Shown here in pieces: positions 62,755-64,000 of a DNA stretch of 64,000 nt; within the stretch, counting starts at the first letter, position 1; each line of letters opens with the position of its first letter. The stretch comes from an uncultured delta proteobacterium (GTDB lineage Bacteria > Myxococcota > Myxococcia > Myxococcales > Myxococcaceae): positions 1-64,000 of the forward strand of contig CAVYSY010000032.1 of NCBI GenBank assembly GCA_963771175.1, read 5' to 3'. The translations under genes and the position numbers were made by a program. The notes under the pieces are model-generated. The model had not been told where the DNA came from and searched no databases. It saw only the letters and a list, made by a program, of their open reading frames with translations.

Positions 62755-63477
62755 ATGCTTTCCACCTTCTCCGTCCTCGCCCTGCTGCTCGCCGCGGATG
62801 GGGGGACCCCGGCCCCGAAGGAGTCCCCCAAGGCGTCCCCGGTCGAGGTCACCGCGCTCGCGGTGGACGTGGACTTCGTCTGCCGCATCCGCTCCACCCA
62901 GAGCCTCATCCTCATCCCGAAGGCCCAGGGGCAGCTTCAAGTGCCCGACAGTTGCCCAGACGCCGGTGCCGACTGGCGCCTCACCGTCGACTGCACCGAC
63001 GAGCGCTGCTCGGGCTACGTCCGCACCAAGGCCGGAGCCATCGCCCTCATCCAGGGCACTCGCAAGCAGCTCGAGGTGAAGCCCATCGCCGAGGAGCACC
63101 CGCCCACGCTGGACCAGGTGCAGGTGAGCATCACCGGCCAGCACACGCTGACGCTGGAGAAGCCCGAGGCCCACCAGCCTCCAACTCAGCTCCTCTTGCA
63201 GCTCCCCAGCGTCACCGGGGTCTACACCCTCGCCTCCTCGGAGCCGACCGACGTGGCCTTCGAGCATCGGGGCAAGCGCCTCGTGCTGCGCGCCCAGCTC
63301 TCCCGGAGCGATGACGGCTCGCTGGTCCACGTCCAGCTCTGGAACGCCCAGCACGAGCCGCTGCTGGACGAGACGCTCATGCTGGATGAGTCCCGCGAGC
63401 TCGACTGCCAGCGCCTGAACAACATCTGCGAGAGCAAGCTGAAGGTGCTGGTGCGGGAGCCCCAGCGCGTCCTCTGA
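62755..63477 (+). CDS. Hypothetical secreted protein
   Basis: Short signal peptide followed by AADGGTP; six Cys; intact ORF. Confidence 0.7.
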   Translation: MLSTFSVLALLLAADGGTPAPKESPKASPVEVTALAVDVDFVCRIRSTQSLILIPKAQGQLQVPDSCPDAGADWRLTVDCTDERCSGYVRTKAGAIALIQGTRKQLEVKPIAEEHPPTLDQVQVSITGQHTLTLEKPEAHQPPTQLLLQLPSVTGVYTLASSEPTDVAFEHRGKRLVLRAQLSRSDDGSLVHVQLWNAQHEPLLDETLMLDESRELDCQRLNNICESKLKVLVREPQRVL

Positions 63478-63533
63478 CTCGACTTTCGCCGCCGGGGTTT
63501 TTCTTTCGTGCCTGCGCCGGCTAGAGCCGCGCC

Positions 63534-64000
63534 CTACATGAAGATCCCAGGCGCCCGCTCCAGCGCCGCGCGCAGCTCCTCGACAGTCGTGTCCATCTTC
63601 TCGGCCACGGCGGGCGCGTGCCACGTTTCCGCGACTGTGCCCTCGGGATTCTTCGCAAGTCCTTCAACGAGGATCCCGACCTGGCCGGGCCACTCACGGC
63701 GGCCCAGCTCCGCCGCGTGCCCGCGTGGGTCCATGATGGTGAAGCACGGCCAGCGCGGCAGGCGAATCGTGCTCATGTCGCAGTTGAAGAAGCGGCAGCC
63801 ATTGAGGCGGGCCTCTGAGAAGTCGCAGTCCTCAATGCCTCCGAGCTTCCGCCTCTCGTCGAGGTCCTCGCGGAACCCGAAGTCGTTTCCGCCGAAGCGC
63901 CCTGTGAAACGGCACCCCTTCAGCTTCATTGGTGCCCACGGCAGCGTCTTGAGCTCGCCCTTCGCCTGGATGGTGCAGTTGATGAGCTGTCCCGACATCA
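63534..64000 (-). CDS. Pentapeptide/beta-helix-like hypothetical protein, 5' end outside the window
   Basis: LKGCRF.G...DFG, IEDCDFSEARL.GCRF..CD...RLPRWPCFTI; open to the window edge. Confidence 0.65.
   Translation of the reverse strand, partial: MSGQLINCTIQAKGELKTLPWAPMKLKGCRFTGRFGGNDFGFREDLDERRKLGGIEDCDFSEARLNGCRFFNCDMSTIRLPRWPCFTIMDPRGHAAELGRREWPGQVGILVEGLAKNPEGTVAETWHAPAVAEKMDTTVEELRAALERAPGIFM

Overview
GC-rich (roughly 70% by eye) chromosomal segment from a myxobacterium (Cystobacterineae, Archangium/Cystobacter-like by gene content: MYXO-CTERM protein, DUF2380 lipoprotein toxin, Pph1/PmxA/PglH-like genes). From about 3.2 to 55 kb it is conserved backbone: purC/purB, dut, rimP-nusA-ylxR-infB-DUF503-rbfA-truB-rpsO-pnp, a nitrilase-FecR-LysM-HD-GYP operon, sspB-smpB-panC-panB, rsmA-tsaD, a response regulator-TPR protein, a giant J-domain protein, trmL, PP2C, an amgK/murU-like pair and cystathionine beta-synthase. 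The first 2.7 kb is a patchwork of truncated IS, toxin-antitoxin and surface-protein fragments. The last 9 kb holds a toxin-immunity pair and several exported proteins. Many genes, including housekeeping ones, are broken by 1-bp indels clustered in blocks (about 7-12.2, 29.4-31.5, 36.5-53.3 and 55-60 kb) while 12.3-29.4 kb is clean, so I treat these as long-read sequencing errors; coordinates of frameshifted genes are reconstructed by eye and approximate. No tRNA, rRNA or CRISPR array was seen. Best leads: a J-domain/TPR protein with about 100 copies of an EEARLA hexapeptide rod, a DUF2380 lipoprotein toxin with a non-SitI6 partner, a panB leader that can sequester the RBS, and a FecR-LysM-Cache/HD-GYP module with an RxxQ signature. 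Family assignments come from motif recognition, not database searches.
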